Below are positions 28,351-38,471 of a stretch of DNA of 61,209 bases, piece by piece. Numbering within the stretch: the stretch's first letter is position 1; each line of letters opens with the position of its first letter. The notes beneath the pieces are model-generated. The model was not told the DNA's origin. It saw only the letters and a program-made list of their open reading frames with translations, and did not search any database. The position numbers were made by a program, and so were the translations under genes. Origin of the DNA: an uncultured virus (IMG/VR IMGVR_UViG_3300029922_000022) (Duplodnaviria; Heunggongvirae; Uroviricota; Caudoviricetes); IMG/VR virus record IMGVR_UViG_3300029922_000022; one strand, written 5' to 3'.

Positions 28351-29006
28351 AAAAGATTATATCATTTAGTTTATGGGGGGATGATCCTAAATATTGTATA
28401 GGTGCTATAAAAAATGCAAAATTAACAAATCAGATATATCCAGGATGGATTTCAAGATTTTATTGTGGAAAAAGTGTACCATCTAATATAATAGATCAAT
28501 TAAAAGAAATACAAAATTGTGAAGTTATAATTATGAATGAATTAGGAAATTGGTCAGGAATGTTTTGGAGATTTTTACCTGCTAGTGATAGTGACGTTGA
28601 AGTTATGATAAGTCGTGATTGCGATTCAAGATTAAATTTAAGGGAGAAGTATGCAGTTGATCAATGGATGAAAAGTTCTAAGACATTTCATATAATGAGA
28701 GATCATCCTTGGCATACTGCTGTAATTTTAGGAGGTATGTGGGGTGTTAAGTATCCAGTTTTGAGCAATATGAAAACTCTTATTGACGAATATTCAAAAG
28801 GTGAATTTTGGCAAGTAGATCAAAATTTTTTAAGAGATATAGTATATTCTTTAATTAATAATGATTGTATGGTACACGATGAATTTTTTACATTTAATAA
28901 AAATAGATTAATATTTCCATATAAAAGAATAGGACAACAATTTGTAGGAGAAAGTTTTGATGAGAATGATAATCCTAATTTACAGCATAGAAGTATGATA
29001 AAATAA
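28347..29006 (+). CDS. Putative glycosyltransferase-like protein
   Basis: ISFSLWG, MFWRF, SRDCDSR, MRDHPWH, ILGGMWG and DQNFL motifs. Confidence 0.6.
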   Translation: MKKIISFSLWGDDPKYCIGAIKNAKLTNQIYPGWISRFYCGKSVPSNIIDQLKEIQNCEVIIMNELGNWSGMFWRFLPASDSDVEVMISRDCDSRLNLREKYAVDQWMKSSKTFHIMRDHPWHTAVILGGMWGVKYPVLSNMKTLIDEYSKGEFWQVDQNFLRDIVYSLINNDCMVHDEFFTFNKNRLIFPYKRIGQQFVGESFDENDNPNLQHRSMIK

Positions 29007-29015
29007 ATAAAATAT

Positions 29016-29702
29016 ATGAATATTGGATTTTTAGTAATAGCAACGAATAAATATATTAAATTTTTGAATCCTTTGGTAGATTCTATAAATAAATATCTTT
29101 TAAATGATCATAAAAAAACAATTTTTTGTTTTACTAACATAATGGATCATGAGGTATCTGATAATGTAATTAAAATATATCAAGAACATATGTCTTGGCC
29201 TATGCCAACATTAAAAAGATTTGAAATTTTTAATAAAAATTCAGAAAAATATAAAGACATTGATATATTATATTATTTAGATGCTGATATGTTAATAAAT
29301 GATTATATTGGAGATGAATTCTTACCAGGTGATAAAGATCTAATTGCTGTAATACACCCAGGATATAGAAGAGATTTGTTACAATCTTTTGAAAGACGTA
29401 TTAAATCTAATGCATATGTAGATTATAGTCATTATGTATATCATTGTGGAGGTGTTCAAGGTGGCAAAAAAGATGCATATTTAACTGCATGTAAAATTCT
29501 ATCAAATAATATATTAGATGATATGAGTAAAGATATAATAGCTATTTGGCATGATGAATCACATTGGAATAAATATTTAATATCCAATCCAGATTTATAC
29601 AAAGAGTTAGACTGTGATTATTGTTATCCTGAAAATTGGAATATACCATACAAAAAATTAATATTAGCATTAGATAAAGATCATGCTGAGATGAGAAATT
29701 AA
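29016..29702 (+). CDS. GT6 family (ABO/alpha-1,3-Gal(NAc) transferase-like) glycosyltransferase
   Basis: IATNKY, LDADM, HPGY, FERR..S.AYV, GGVQGG and AIWHDESHWNKY motifs. Confidence 0.85.
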   Translation: MNIGFLVIATNKYIKFLNPLVDSINKYLLNDHKKTIFCFTNIMDHEVSDNVIKIYQEHMSWPMPTLKRFEIFNKNSEKYKDIDILYYLDADMLINDYIGDEFLPGDKDLIAVIHPGYRRDLLQSFERRIKSNAYVDYSHYVYHCGGVQGGKKDAYLTACKILSNNILDDMSKDIIAIWHDESHWNKYLISNPDLYKELDCDYCYPENWNIPYKKLILALDKDHAEMRN

Positions 29703-29713
29703 AAAAAAGTAAT

Positions 29714-30304
29714 ATGATAGATTATAAGAATCCAAATTTTTTTAATCAAATTTTAAAAGTAGAAGAAATTAAAATTGATAGAACACATTTTTTTATTGAA
29801 AAATTTAAAAATAAAAATATTTTACATGTTGGTTGTGCAGATTATATGGCATATGATCCATTATCAAACTTACATATAAAATTATTAAACTCTGGATTAA
29901 ACGTTGATGGATATGATTTAAACTCTGAAAGTTTAAATATATTAAAAAAAGATGCTAAAAAAGGAAATTATTATAGTCATTTAGATGAGTTTAATGATAT
30001 AACATACGATTTAGTTTTAATTCCAGAAGTATTAGAGCATGTTGATAATGCTAAATTATTTTTAGATGATATGTTTTCAATTAAATCTAAATGTTATTTT
30101 ATAACAGTACCTAATTGTGAAATATATTCTAAAAACATGTTTTATGATAATGAATATTTTCATGAATTGGTGCATCCTGATCATAAGTATTGGTTTTCAG
30201 CATATACATTATTTAATATATGTAAAAAATATATTATTAATAATGATGCTAATTTATATTATCTTGAAGGTAGATCAATGATAGCAATTGAAATTTTTAG
30301 ATGA
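29714..30304 (+). CDS. Class I SAM-dependent methyltransferase
   Basis: ILHVGCAD, GYD, EVLEHV and ITVPN motifs. Confidence 0.75.
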   Translation: MIDYKNPNFFNQILKVEEIKIDRTHFFIEKFKNKNILHVGCADYMAYDPLSNLHIKLLNSGLNVDGYDLNSESLNILKKDAKKGNYYSHLDEFNDITYDLVLIPEVLEHVDNAKLFLDDMFSIKSKCYFITVPNCEIYSKNMFYDNEYFHELVHPDHKYWFSAYTLFNICKKYIINNDANLYYLEGRSMIAIEIFR

Positions 30305-30336
30305 TAAATAAGTTATATAAAAAATAAAAATACTAA

Positions 30337-31332
30337 ATGAGACTTTTAATATGTTATGGCACAAGACCTGAATGGATAAAAATTAAACCTATTATAGTTA
30401 AGATTAAAGGTATTATAGATTATAAAATTTTATTCACTGGACAACAAGAAGATATTGGAAAATTTGATTATGATTATAATATATGTATTGATTATAATTC
30501 AGAAAATAGATTAAATAATATTATATGTTCGATTTTAATGAATTTTAAAAATTACAATTTTTCTCACGTATTGATTCAAGGTGATACAGCTACTGCATAT
30601 GCAATTGCACTTAGTTCATTTAATAATAATAAAAAAATAATACATCTCGAAGCAGGATTGAGAACATATGATATAGAAAATCCATATCCTGAAGAAGCAT
30701 ATAGACAAATGATATCAAGAATATCTGATATTAATTTTTGCCCTACAAATGAAAATAAAAATAATTTAATTAATGAGAAAGTAAAGGGTGAAATATATGT
30801 TGTTGGTAATACAATAATAGATAGTTTAGTTAAATTTAAATCGATATCATATAACGATAATATTTTAATTACTTTACATAGAAGAGAAAATCATATAATT
30901 ATTAATGATTGGTTTTTAGCTATAAAAGAAATATCAGAGCAATATAAAAACTTAAATTTTATATTGTTCAAACATCCAAATCCATATGTATCATCACATT
31001 ATAATATTTTTAAAAATTCAAATGTAAATATTGTCGAGCCTATTAATCATGACGAAATGATAGATTATATTTCTAATTGCAAATTAATTATATCAGATAG
31101 TGGTGGTTTACAAGAAGAGGCATCTTATTTCAACAAAAAAATAATTGTGTGTAGAAAAATAACAGAAAGACCAGAAACAATTGGAACAAATAGTTTTTTA
31201 TGTGATACTCCAAAAGATTTAAATTCTATTTTTAAAAATCATATTTTTAATTATAAAGTAAACAATAATTGTCCATATGGGGACGGATATAGTTCTGATA
31301 AAATATTAGAAATATTAAAAAAAATTAAATAA
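30337..31332 (+). CDS. wecB: UDP-N-acetylglucosamine 2-epimerase
   Basis: GTRPE, QGDT, HLEAGLRT, PEE, TLHRREN, DSGGLQEE and PYGDG motifs. Confidence 0.92.
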   Translation: MRLLICYGTRPEWIKIKPIIVKIKGIIDYKILFTGQQEDIGKFDYDYNICIDYNSENRLNNIICSILMNFKNYNFSHVLIQGDTATAYAIALSSFNNNKKIIHLEAGLRTYDIENPYPEEAYRQMISRISDINFCPTNENKNNLINEKVKGEIYVVGNTIIDSLVKFKSISYNDNILITLHRRENHIIINDWFLAIKEISEQYKNLNFILFKHPNPYVSSHYNIFKNSNVNIVEPINHDEMIDYISNCKLIISDSGGLQEEASYFNKKIIVCRKITERPETIGTNSFLCDTPKDLNSIFKNHIFNYKVNNNCPYGDGYSSDKILEILKKIK

Positions 31333-31334
31333 GT

Positions 31335-31901
31335 ATGGAAATAGTTAATTTTAGATTTATTGATAAAAATGAAAGTTTTATTGATAAAAATTTTATAAAT
31401 TGGTCAAGACCGTATGAATGGGGTTATGTATTATCAGCATTAAAAGATAATATTAATAGTGAATATAGTGTACATAATACTAGTTGTGGTAACGAAGAAT
31501 TGCATATACAGTTTGCTAACTCATTAAATAATTTAAGTAGCAATGTATTTAATTCAGATATTGTTGATATTAATTTAAATAAAGAAAAATTTAAAAATTA
31601 TTTTAATTATAATATACTATCTAAAAATAAAAATAAATATGATGTAGTTCTATGTATATCCACATTAGAACATTTACCAGGTATTGATGATGCTAAAATA
31701 GCATTTAATAATTTATTAGAACAAGTTAATGATGACGGTAGATTAATAATAACATATGATTATCCATGTATAAAAAACGAAATATTCGAAGAAATACTAA
31801 ATAAAAAAATTGAAATTCCGTCTAATATTTTAAACGGTGATAATTCTATTTATCCATCAGGTTTAAAATTATCAATTGTATTAATTGATATAAAAAAATA
31901 A
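31335..31901 (+). CDS. Putative methyltransferase
   Basis: WSRPYEW, YDVVLCISTLEH and GRLIITYD motifs. Confidence 0.6.
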   Translation: MEIVNFRFIDKNESFIDKNFINWSRPYEWGYVLSALKDNINSEYSVHNTSCGNEELHIQFANSLNNLSSNVFNSDIVDINLNKEKFKNYFNYNILSKNKNKYDVVLCISTLEHLPGIDDAKIAFNNLLEQVNDDGRLIITYDYPCIKNEIFEEILNKKIEIPSNILNGDNSIYPSGLKLSIVLIDIKK

Positions 31902-31909
31902 TATTAAAT

Positions 31910-32863
31910 ATGTATAGTTGTACAATATTAATTCCAGTTGTTAAAGAATTTGAATTTCTTAAAGGTTGTATTAATCAAATTAAAAAATTCGAGCATCAAG
32001 AAATACAGACTAAAATTATAATTGCTAATCAGAGTGATGATAATATTCATAATAAAATATTAGAATTGTATAATAATGATAGCCAAATAAAAATAATAAA
32101 AATAAATCAAATAGACGCTGGATATCCTATTGATAAAGGATTAGAAATTTGTGATACTGAATATTTTTGTTCTTTAGATTGCGATGCATTTCCAATATCT
32201 AATAAATGGTTATATATACCGATAAAATTAATAAATAAATTTAATTTATCATTTGTAGGTAAAGAAACAGAATTACACAATTCATATAAACAATTAGGTA
32301 AATTTTTGCATATAAATAATTATTTTAGAATTAGTAAAACTTCAATAGCTAAAGATATATCAGAAAAAGTAGGCTTTATAAGACCAACAAATCATACAAA
32401 AGCAGGATATAGTCCAATAGTCAAGGATTGGATAAACATTAGTTGTGATAATGGAGTAGTATCACAAGTATATTCAGATTTAAATGATTATGGTGATAAA
32501 TTAAGTTTAAGAATGAATAGAATTATAGGTGAAACACCAGGTATGGGAGTTTATGGTATGATAATAGAGGATTTAATTTTTCATTTAGTATTTGGATTCT
32601 CAGAAGAATGGTTATCAAATCAAAATCAAATTTTAGGTTCAAATTATTTATCTATTAAAAATGATATAAACTTAAATGGATTAACAGATATAAATATAGA
32701 AAGATTATTAACAATATCAAGAAATATAGAAGATGTTACTACACCAGAAAGATCAAAATTATTTAATAGATATACATATTTTAATAATAAAACAAAAGAA
32801 TTATCAATACTTGATAATAATAATGATATAGTAAAATATATAGAACAATTAAAAAAAGAGTAA
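31910..32863 (+). CDS. Putative GT2 glycosyltransferase
   Basis: TILIPV and SLDCDAFP (DxD). Confidence 0.65.
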   Translation: MYSCTILIPVVKEFEFLKGCINQIKKFEHQEIQTKIIIANQSDDNIHNKILELYNNDSQIKIIKINQIDAGYPIDKGLEICDTEYFCSLDCDAFPISNKWLYIPIKLINKFNLSFVGKETELHNSYKQLGKFLHINNYFRISKTSIAKDISEKVGFIRPTNHTKAGYSPIVKDWINISCDNGVVSQVYSDLNDYGDKLSLRMNRIIGETPGMGVYGMIIEDLIFHLVFGFSEEWLSNQNQILGSNYLSIKNDINLNGLTDINIERLLTISRNIEDVTTPERSKLFNRYTYFNNKTKELSILDNNNDIVKYIEQLKKE

Positions 32864-32865
32864 AT

Positions 32866-33510
32866 ATGACATTATCTATATTAATTTGCGTACATAGTAC
32901 AGATGAAAAACATGATAATTTATTATTAGATGCATTAGAGTCATTAAATAATCAAACATATAAAAAATTTGATGTTTTTATTGTGTTTGATGAATGTTGG
33001 ATTAATACAAACAATATTGTAAAAAATTTATATAACTTTACTATAAATAGATTATTTCATAATAAAAAAGAAGGTTTATCAGTTGCTAAAAATTTTGGAT
33101 TATCAAATATTAGTAGTGAATGGATTGGATATTTAGATGCTGATGACCTGTATATGCCTGATAAATTATTAAAACAAATAGAATATATTAATAATAATAA
33201 AGTAGATTTTTTAGGCACACAAGCATATAATAAATATCAAAATAATAATAATTTATTTGATAGCTGTTTTAAATTAGGTACTTATGAAACTAATGATCAA
33301 ATAAAAAATAGATTATTACAAGAAAATATATTAACACATGGATCAATGTTAATTAGAAAATCTTGTTTAGATGAATTAAATGGATATAATAATACAAAAG
33401 GAATAGAAGACTGGGATTTATGGAACAGAGCAATAAAAAAAGGATATATATTTCATCAAATACAAGAAAGATTATATATTTACACAATAGGAACAAGTGT
33501 ATCAAGATAA
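32866..33510 (+). CDS. GT2 glycosyltransferase
   Basis: SL.NQT, GL..AKN.GL, YLDADD and EDWDLW motifs. Confidence 0.88.
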   Translation: MTLSILICVHSTDEKHDNLLLDALESLNNQTYKKFDVFIVFDECWINTNNIVKNLYNFTINRLFHNKKEGLSVAKNFGLSNISSEWIGYLDADDLYMPDKLLKQIEYINNNKVDFLGTQAYNKYQNNNNLFDSCFKLGTYETNDQIKNRLLQENILTHGSMLIRKSCLDELNGYNNTKGIEDWDLWNRAIKKGYIFHQIQERLYIYTIGTSVSR

Positions 33511-33526
33511 ATTAAAAATAATAAAA

Positions 33527-34375
33527 ATGAAAATATTAATTATACAAGAAGCAGGAAGACACATCAAAAATCAGAATTTTAGAGAGTCTTTAAATTTTAA
33601 TAGAGCATTTACTAAAATAGGTATTGAATCCACAGTATGGGGATTAAATTTTCCAAATTATAATATATCATTTGATGAAATATCAAAAGATTATGATGTA
33701 GTTCTGTTAATAGAGAATTATAATAATGGTTGGCTTCCAAATATATCTAATTTTAAAGGATTAAAATTATTTTGGTCAATTGATTCACATATGATACCTA
33801 ATGAACATATAATGACATGCAATTCTAATAAAATTGATATAGTTTTGAATGCAATCGAATCTCATAAAAAATATTTTAAAAATTTCAAAACATATTATTT
33901 ACCAAATGCATATCCAGATGATTTAATAGACTTTAATCCAAATATTGAAAAAAAATATAATGTTGGATTTTGTGGTAATATAATATCTCGAGCAAATTGG
34001 ATTGATTCAATACCTAATATAAAAAAAGATGTATTTGTTATTGGAGATGATATGGTACAAGCTATAAATTCTTACAAAATACATTTTAATAGAAACTTAG
34101 CAGATGATTTAAATTATAGAACATTTGAAACTTTAGGATGTAAGACATTTTTATTAACAAATGAAACTGAAAATTTACGTAATTTATTTAACGTTAGTGA
34201 ACATTTAGATGTTTATACTACAATTCAAGATTTACAAGAAAAAGTTCAATATTATTTAACTCATGATGAAATAAGAAATAAAATTTCAGAAAGTGGATAT
34301 AATTATGTTAGAAAAAATCATACATTTGTAAATAGAGCACGAGAAATTTTAAAAATAATATCAGAAAATATTTAA
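33527..34375 (+). CDS. CgeB-like (GT-B) glycosyltransferase
   Basis: Start MKILIIQE; KI.FN...LNYRTFE..GC..FLLT...HT...RA. Confidence 0.75.
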   Translation: MKILIIQEAGRHIKNQNFRESLNFNRAFTKIGIESTVWGLNFPNYNISFDEISKDYDVVLLIENYNNGWLPNISNFKGLKLFWSIDSHMIPNEHIMTCNSNKIDIVLNAIESHKKYFKNFKTYYLPNAYPDDLIDFNPNIEKKYNVGFCGNIISRANWIDSIPNIKKDVFVIGDDMVQAINSYKIHFNRNLADDLNYRTFETLGCKTFLLTNETENLRNLFNVSEHLDVYTTIQDLQEKVQYYLTHDEIRNKISESGYNYVRKNHTFVNRAREILKIISENI

Positions 34376-34406
34376 AAAATGACATCTAATTTAGATGTCA
34401 TTTTTT
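34374..34406. terminator. Bidirectional intrinsic terminator
   Basis: aaaaaatgacatctaa-t-ttagatgtcatttttt. Confidence 0.8.
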
Positions 34407-34686
34407 ATAAATCTAAAATATTTTTTTGTTCTTCTTTCAATTTAATTATTTTAATTGCAAGTTCATTATATTTAGAAATTTGTTCTGGTTTCAACCAAAT
34501 TGCATTTCTAGGAATAGACTCTTTATCATCAATATTAATTTTTCTGAATATACCATTTTCTTTTACATATGGAAATAAACCTTTACTTTTATTCACATGA
34601 TAAGTAGCTGACATATTTCCACTACCAACTAAATCACTAAAAATAATATATTTAGATTCATATTCATATATTTTTAAATGTTTCAT
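34405..34686 (-). CDS. Small protein with leader MKHLKIYE
   Basis: Last gene of the minus-strand small-gene array. Confidence 0.7.
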   Translation of the reverse strand: MKHLKIYEYESKYIIFSDLVGSGNMSATYHVNKSKGLFPYVKENGIFRKINIDDKESIPRNAIWLKPEQISKYNELAIKIIKLKEEQKNILDL

Positions 34687-34935
34687 TTATTTTATATCAT
34701 TTTTATATTGTTCGTTAACAAATTTTTCAAAATTATAAATTCTTGATTCTTTTTTACTTTTTTTAACACGTTTAGGAAGTCCTTTATGCTTTGTTGATGC
34801 AAAATCTGTAGCATCTTTTTTACTAATATGCTTCGCAATTTTTTTAATTGTAGGTGAAGCATCTTTCAATTCACCTTTTTGATATGCATGAATCATACCA
34901 AAAAGTCTCTGCTGGGATTTAGATTTTGAAGGAAT
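34687..34935 (-). CDS. DUF3008-like small basic protein; probable ATT start
   Basis: (I)PSKSKSQQRLFGMIHA...DFASTKHKGLP; no in-frame ATG upstream of the conserved N-terminus. Confidence 0.65.
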   Translation of the reverse strand: MPSKSKSQQRLFGMIHAYQKGELKDASPTIKKIAKHISKKDATDFASTKHKGLPKRVKKSKKESRIYNFEKFVNEQYKNDIK

Positions 34936-34951
34936 AATATTAGGATTATTT

Positions 34952-35350
34952 TTATTTCAATGTACTTAATTTAGATAAGCCATAATATATATCGATAATT
35001 CGAACTTTTAGGCATCCTAAAGTTTGGGAATTAAAAACTGCTGTCGATGGTTTCTGGAGCAAACAGGTGATCCAGAGTTCCTGACCACGCTTAACTTGTT
35101 TTAAACTTAAATCTGTATTCAGAACAGGTCCTCCAGCTATTTCATCTAATTTTTTAATTTCTTCCTCGTCTGTAATTACTCCAGTAATTTGAACTATATT
35201 AACTGGTCCAGTTACTTTTTCATATTCACCGTTATCTAATTTAGATAATGCTATAATATCATCAGATAAAGGTTCATATTCTTGATATTTATCAAATTTT
35301 TTAACCTTATTAGATTTAAAATCATCAAATTTTGTTGTTATATCTGACAT
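34952..35350 (-). CDS. Hypothetical protein with leader-like N-terminus (TTKFDDF)
   Basis: ORF within the array. Confidence 0.7.
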   Translation of the reverse strand: MSDITTKFDDFKSNKVKKFDKYQEYEPLSDDIIALSKLDNGEYEKVTGPVNIVQITGVITDEEEIKKLDEIAGGPVLNTDLSLKQVKRGQELWITCLLQKPSTAVFNSQTLGCLKVRIIDIYYGLSKLSTLK

Positions 35351-35368
35351 TATTATAATTTATTTTTA

Positions 35369-35623
35369 TTAAATAGCTGACATTTTAGGTTGATAATCAA
35401 TTAAAAAATTTAATATTTCATCTAAACATTCAGTCACATGATTAATATCTCCAACATAACCATAATCACTTGGATTATTAATTTGCTTATTTGACATATT
35501 ATTTAATGATGATTTTATAGTTTCTAATTTAACAAGAGCAAAATTATATTCTATGTCAAATTGTCTTTTTGCTTCAAGATTTTCTTTAATTAAATCTTCG
35601 TCTAAGTGTGTAAATTTTTTCAT
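35369..35623 (-). CDS. Small helical protein, leader MKKFTHLDEDLIKE
   Basis: ORF within the array; DYGYVGD motif. Confidence 0.65.
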   Translation of the reverse strand: MKKFTHLDEDLIKENLEAKRQFDIEYNFALVKLETIKSSLNNMSNKQINNPSDYGYVGDINHVTECLDEILNFLIDYQPKMSAI

Positions 35624-35949
35624 TATTCTTCAAATTTTTTTATCATAGTTGGATCTTCATCAGCTTTTAATCCTGTAATATCGCCATCTGCTGCTAATTC
35701 ATCTTCTTCTATTTCATTATCAGTTACTTCATCATCAATTACGCGAATTTCTGAATCTTCAACTTTTACAAATGTATAATCAGACAATTCTTCAATTATG
35801 TCTTCTTCAGTTACTTCTTCATCTGTAAAATTATTTACTATATTATGAATATCATGTATAGTTAAAACATAAACTCCTTCTTCAGTACCTTCAATTTCAA
35901 TAGTCGCTTCATTGAGTTCGTAATCTGTATATTTTTTAATTTCTTTCAT
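35623..35949 (-). CDS. Small acidic protein, leader MKEIKKYTDYELNE, ending MIKKFEE
   Basis: ORF within the array. Confidence 0.7.
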   Translation of the reverse strand: MKEIKKYTDYELNEATIEIEGTEEGVYVLTIHDIHNIVNNFTDEEVTEEDIIEELSDYTFVKVEDSEIRVIDDEVTDNEIEEDELAADGDITGLKADEDPTMIKKFEE

Positions 35950-35965
35950 TTTTCATTTTTTATTT

Positions 35966-36391
35966 TCATCTTAATTTAAATTTTTCTAATAAATATTCTT
36001 TATATTTTGATATTATTTTTTCTACTAATAATTCATCATCAAATTTTTTATTATCAATATCATAAATTTGTTTATCATTTATTTTTATATTGATATTATT
36101 TTCATTATCGTCTTTGAATATAGATAGTTTTCCTTTTACTTTATCTCCATTAGATAAGCTTATGACTAAATATGTTCTATATATTAAATTAATATTTATA
36201 AAATCTTTATTGTTAAAATATCCACTTATTTCAGTTAATCTGATTGGTTTAGGACTATTTTTTCTTCTATATGTAATTATAGAAAGTTCTTGAGTTAATT
36301 TATCAATAAGTTCATTATTTTCATTTTCAATATCAATTTTTATATCACTTAAATCTATTTTTTCGTATAAATTTTTAAATTTTGTTATCAT
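35966..36391 (-). CDS. Hypothetical protein, leader MITKFKNLYE
   Basis: Internal ATG at 36391 matches the array leader at DNA level. Confidence 0.7.
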   Translation of the reverse strand: MITKFKNLYEKIDLSDIKIDIENENNELIDKLTQELSIITYRRKNSPKPIRLTEISGYFNNKDFININLIYRTYLVISLSNGDKVKGKLSIFKDDNENNINIKINDKQIYDIDNKKFDDELLVEKIISKYKEYLLEKFKLR

Positions 36392-37190
36392 ATTGTATAA
36401 TATTAAATTCAGATTCATTTTTTTTACTTTTAGAAGAATTATTAGAACGAGTTGTTATACATAAATTTTCAATATTAGATATCTCATCAGATGATATATT
36501 ATTATCAAATCCATATCTTATAGATTTTTTATGATCCATCGTTGGATATTTTTTATCATTACTGTCTAATTTAAAATTATCTAAAATATATTCATTAGAA
36601 TAATAATCATAACCATTCCAATTATCTAATAATTCTTTCTTATTTTTTAATGTTTCACTGTAAACTTTTAAATAATAATTTTTAAAATCAGTTCTATCTT
36701 CTTTTCTTAACCATAATCCACTTTTTATATGAGAAGTCAATACTTTATTTCTAACTTCTTCATTTAAAAATGAATATTTTGTTCCATATTTTATTAAATT
36801 AGTTTTCTTAGTTTTTTCTATATTGTTGTAATTCTCATCACCGTATTTTTCTAATTTTGTTATTTTTGATTTTTCGATAAAATATTTTGAGCCAAATGTA
36901 TTTTTTACACCATATTTTTTCAAATTTGTAATATCATTTTTTTCAAATTTACATTTATTGCAAGTATCAAAATCAAATTTTTTACGTTGATTTAAATATT
37001 CTTGATATGTTATATTTTTAATTTCACCACATCTATCACAAATAATATTTACTCTAAATTTACTATTTTCAGATAATTCATTACAGTTTATTTCTATAAT
37101 TTCACCATATTTATTATCGTATCCTAATTTTTTGAAATGTTTAATATTTTTATTATTTAGTTTAATTTTAATTTTTTCTATTATTAACAT
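36375..37190 (-). CDS. HNH endonuclease with Zn ribbon and KYGV repeats
   Basis: TMDHKKS...NLCITTRSNNSSK; N-terminal module shared with 16185, 23371, 24430 and 54241. Confidence 0.75.
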   Translation of the reverse strand: MLIIEKIKIKLNNKNIKHFKKLGYDNKYGEIIEINCNELSENSKFRVNIICDRCGEIKNITYQEYLNQRKKFDFDTCNKCKFEKNDITNLKKYGVKNTFGSKYFIEKSKITKLEKYGDENYNNIEKTKKTNLIKYGTKYSFLNEEVRNKVLTSHIKSGLWLRKEDRTDFKNYYLKVYSETLKNKKELLDNWNGYDYYSNEYILDNFKLDSNDKKYPTMDHKKSIRYGFDNNISSDEISNIENLCITTRSNNSSKSKKNESEFNIIQYDNKI

Positions 37191-37204
37191 AACTTTATTA
37201 TTTT

Positions 37205-37549
37205 TTAAGAATTAGGTAAAACGAAATCATTTGTAATCTGATTTGGATTAGCTGCAGGTGAATAATCTGTACTGCATGGCTGCTCAGAAGTCCATGCGGG
37301 TTTATATGGCTCTTTGATAGAGTCAGTTTTATTTATGACCATATTATTATCAAACGGAATAGGTCTTTGATGAGGAAATGGATTATTTGCAACATCAAAT
37401 GAAAATTGACGATGAATACCATCTTCTGTTATTATTTTAACTGGAACCACTTCTCTTTTATCAGTTTTAGGTACTTTGTACATAATTAAAACAGTATCGC
37501 CTAAATCAAATCCTCCTGTTTGTTCGAATAATTTAAATTTTGTTATCAT
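37205..37549 (-). CDS. Small SH3/KOW-like protein, leader MITKFKLFE
   Basis: FDLGDTVLI. Confidence 0.7.
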   Translation of the reverse strand: MITKFKLFEQTGGFDLGDTVLIMYKVPKTDKREVVPVKIITEDGIHRQFSFDVANNPFPHQRPIPFDNNMVINKTDSIKEPYKPAWTSEQPCSTDYSPAANPNQITNDFVLPNS

Positions 37550-38184
37550 TATAATTTATTGTTTTTATAAGAATTTTTATATTGTTTGAATTTTTCAATA
37601 TCTTTATTTGTTCCAAGAATATGAATTTGTTCCACTTCGTCTACAACTGCATCCATTACACCAGATTCTTTTCCTAATCCAATTTCTTGAAAATCTTCAA
37701 TACTTGCATGATTTCCAGAATCTGCCAATTCTTTCCAATTTGTGACTGTAAAAATAACTCCATCTTTATCATTACCCCATGTTTCCTTTATTGATTTTCC
37801 TAAATATAATTTATCATCTTCCTGAGTATTTAATATATTCATAGGATTAACAATATTCAGAACAACAGCTTTTGTGTTTAATCCGTATCCTTTTGAATAT
37901 TCTAAAAACTCTGAAAAATAAAAACCTCTACCAAATGCGCCAACATCACTTGTAGTTCCAAAAAATTTCTTATCAAATACATCAAAAGCATTTTTAGATG
38001 AATGAAATAATATTTTTTTTATCTTACTATTATGGAAAATAGTATTTATATATGATGAGTACTCTAATTTTGTTCCTATATCATTAAGTTCAGGATGTTG
38101 ATTATATATAAAATCTACTCCTTTTTTTATATTTTCATTATTTTCATTCGAAAAATATTCAAATATTTTAAATTTTGTTATCAT
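37549..38184 (-). CDS. Putative ADP-ribosyltransferase-fold protein (ART-PolyVal-like), leader MITKFKIFE
   Basis: LFHSS..F..F...G..G.GFYFS....S.GY...V.LNI.NP and later DGVI. Confidence 0.6.
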   Translation of the reverse strand: MITKFKIFEYFSNENNENIKKGVDFIYNQHPELNDIGTKLEYSSYINTIFHNSKIKKILFHSSKNAFDVFDKKFFGTTSDVGAFGRGFYFSEFLEYSKGYGLNTKAVVLNIVNPMNILNTQEDDKLYLGKSIKETWGNDKDGVIFTVTNWKELADSGNHASIEDFQEIGLGKESGVMDAVVDEVEQIHILGTNKDIEKFKQYKNSYKNNKL

Positions 38185-38186
38185 TT

Positions 38187-38471
38187 TTATAAATTATATT
38201 TTCTTATACTAATTTCAAGTCTTTTTTCTGGTGTAAAGTATGTATTAATCACATTTCTTATTTCCTCCTGAGCATAATTATCAATTTTCGCCCTATCATC
38301 AATATAAATAATTTTTTCTTTATTGATATCTATTTTTGCTATAACTTCTCCATCTTCATCTTCATTGTTTGTTTCCCAAGCATCAAAATAAATATATTCA
38401 TCATCTTCATAATCAGAAGTGATAGCTAACCATATACTATTTTTACTTTCAAAATATTTTAAATATATCAT
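38187..38471 (-). CDS. Small protein, leader MIYLKYFE, C-terminal KYNL
   Basis: ORF within the array. Confidence 0.7.
   Translation of the reverse strand: MIYLKYFESKNSIWLAITSDYEDDEYIYFDAWETNNEDEDGEVIAKIDINKEKIIYIDDRAKIDNYAQEEIRNVINTYFTPEKRLEISIRKYNL

Noticed and set aside
26868..34375. Host-derived LPS/capsule locus (contamination or prophage flank)
   Set aside because: Same composition, promoter words and terminator style as the phage genes, flanked by leader-bearing phage ORFs, and lacking flippase or polymerase genes
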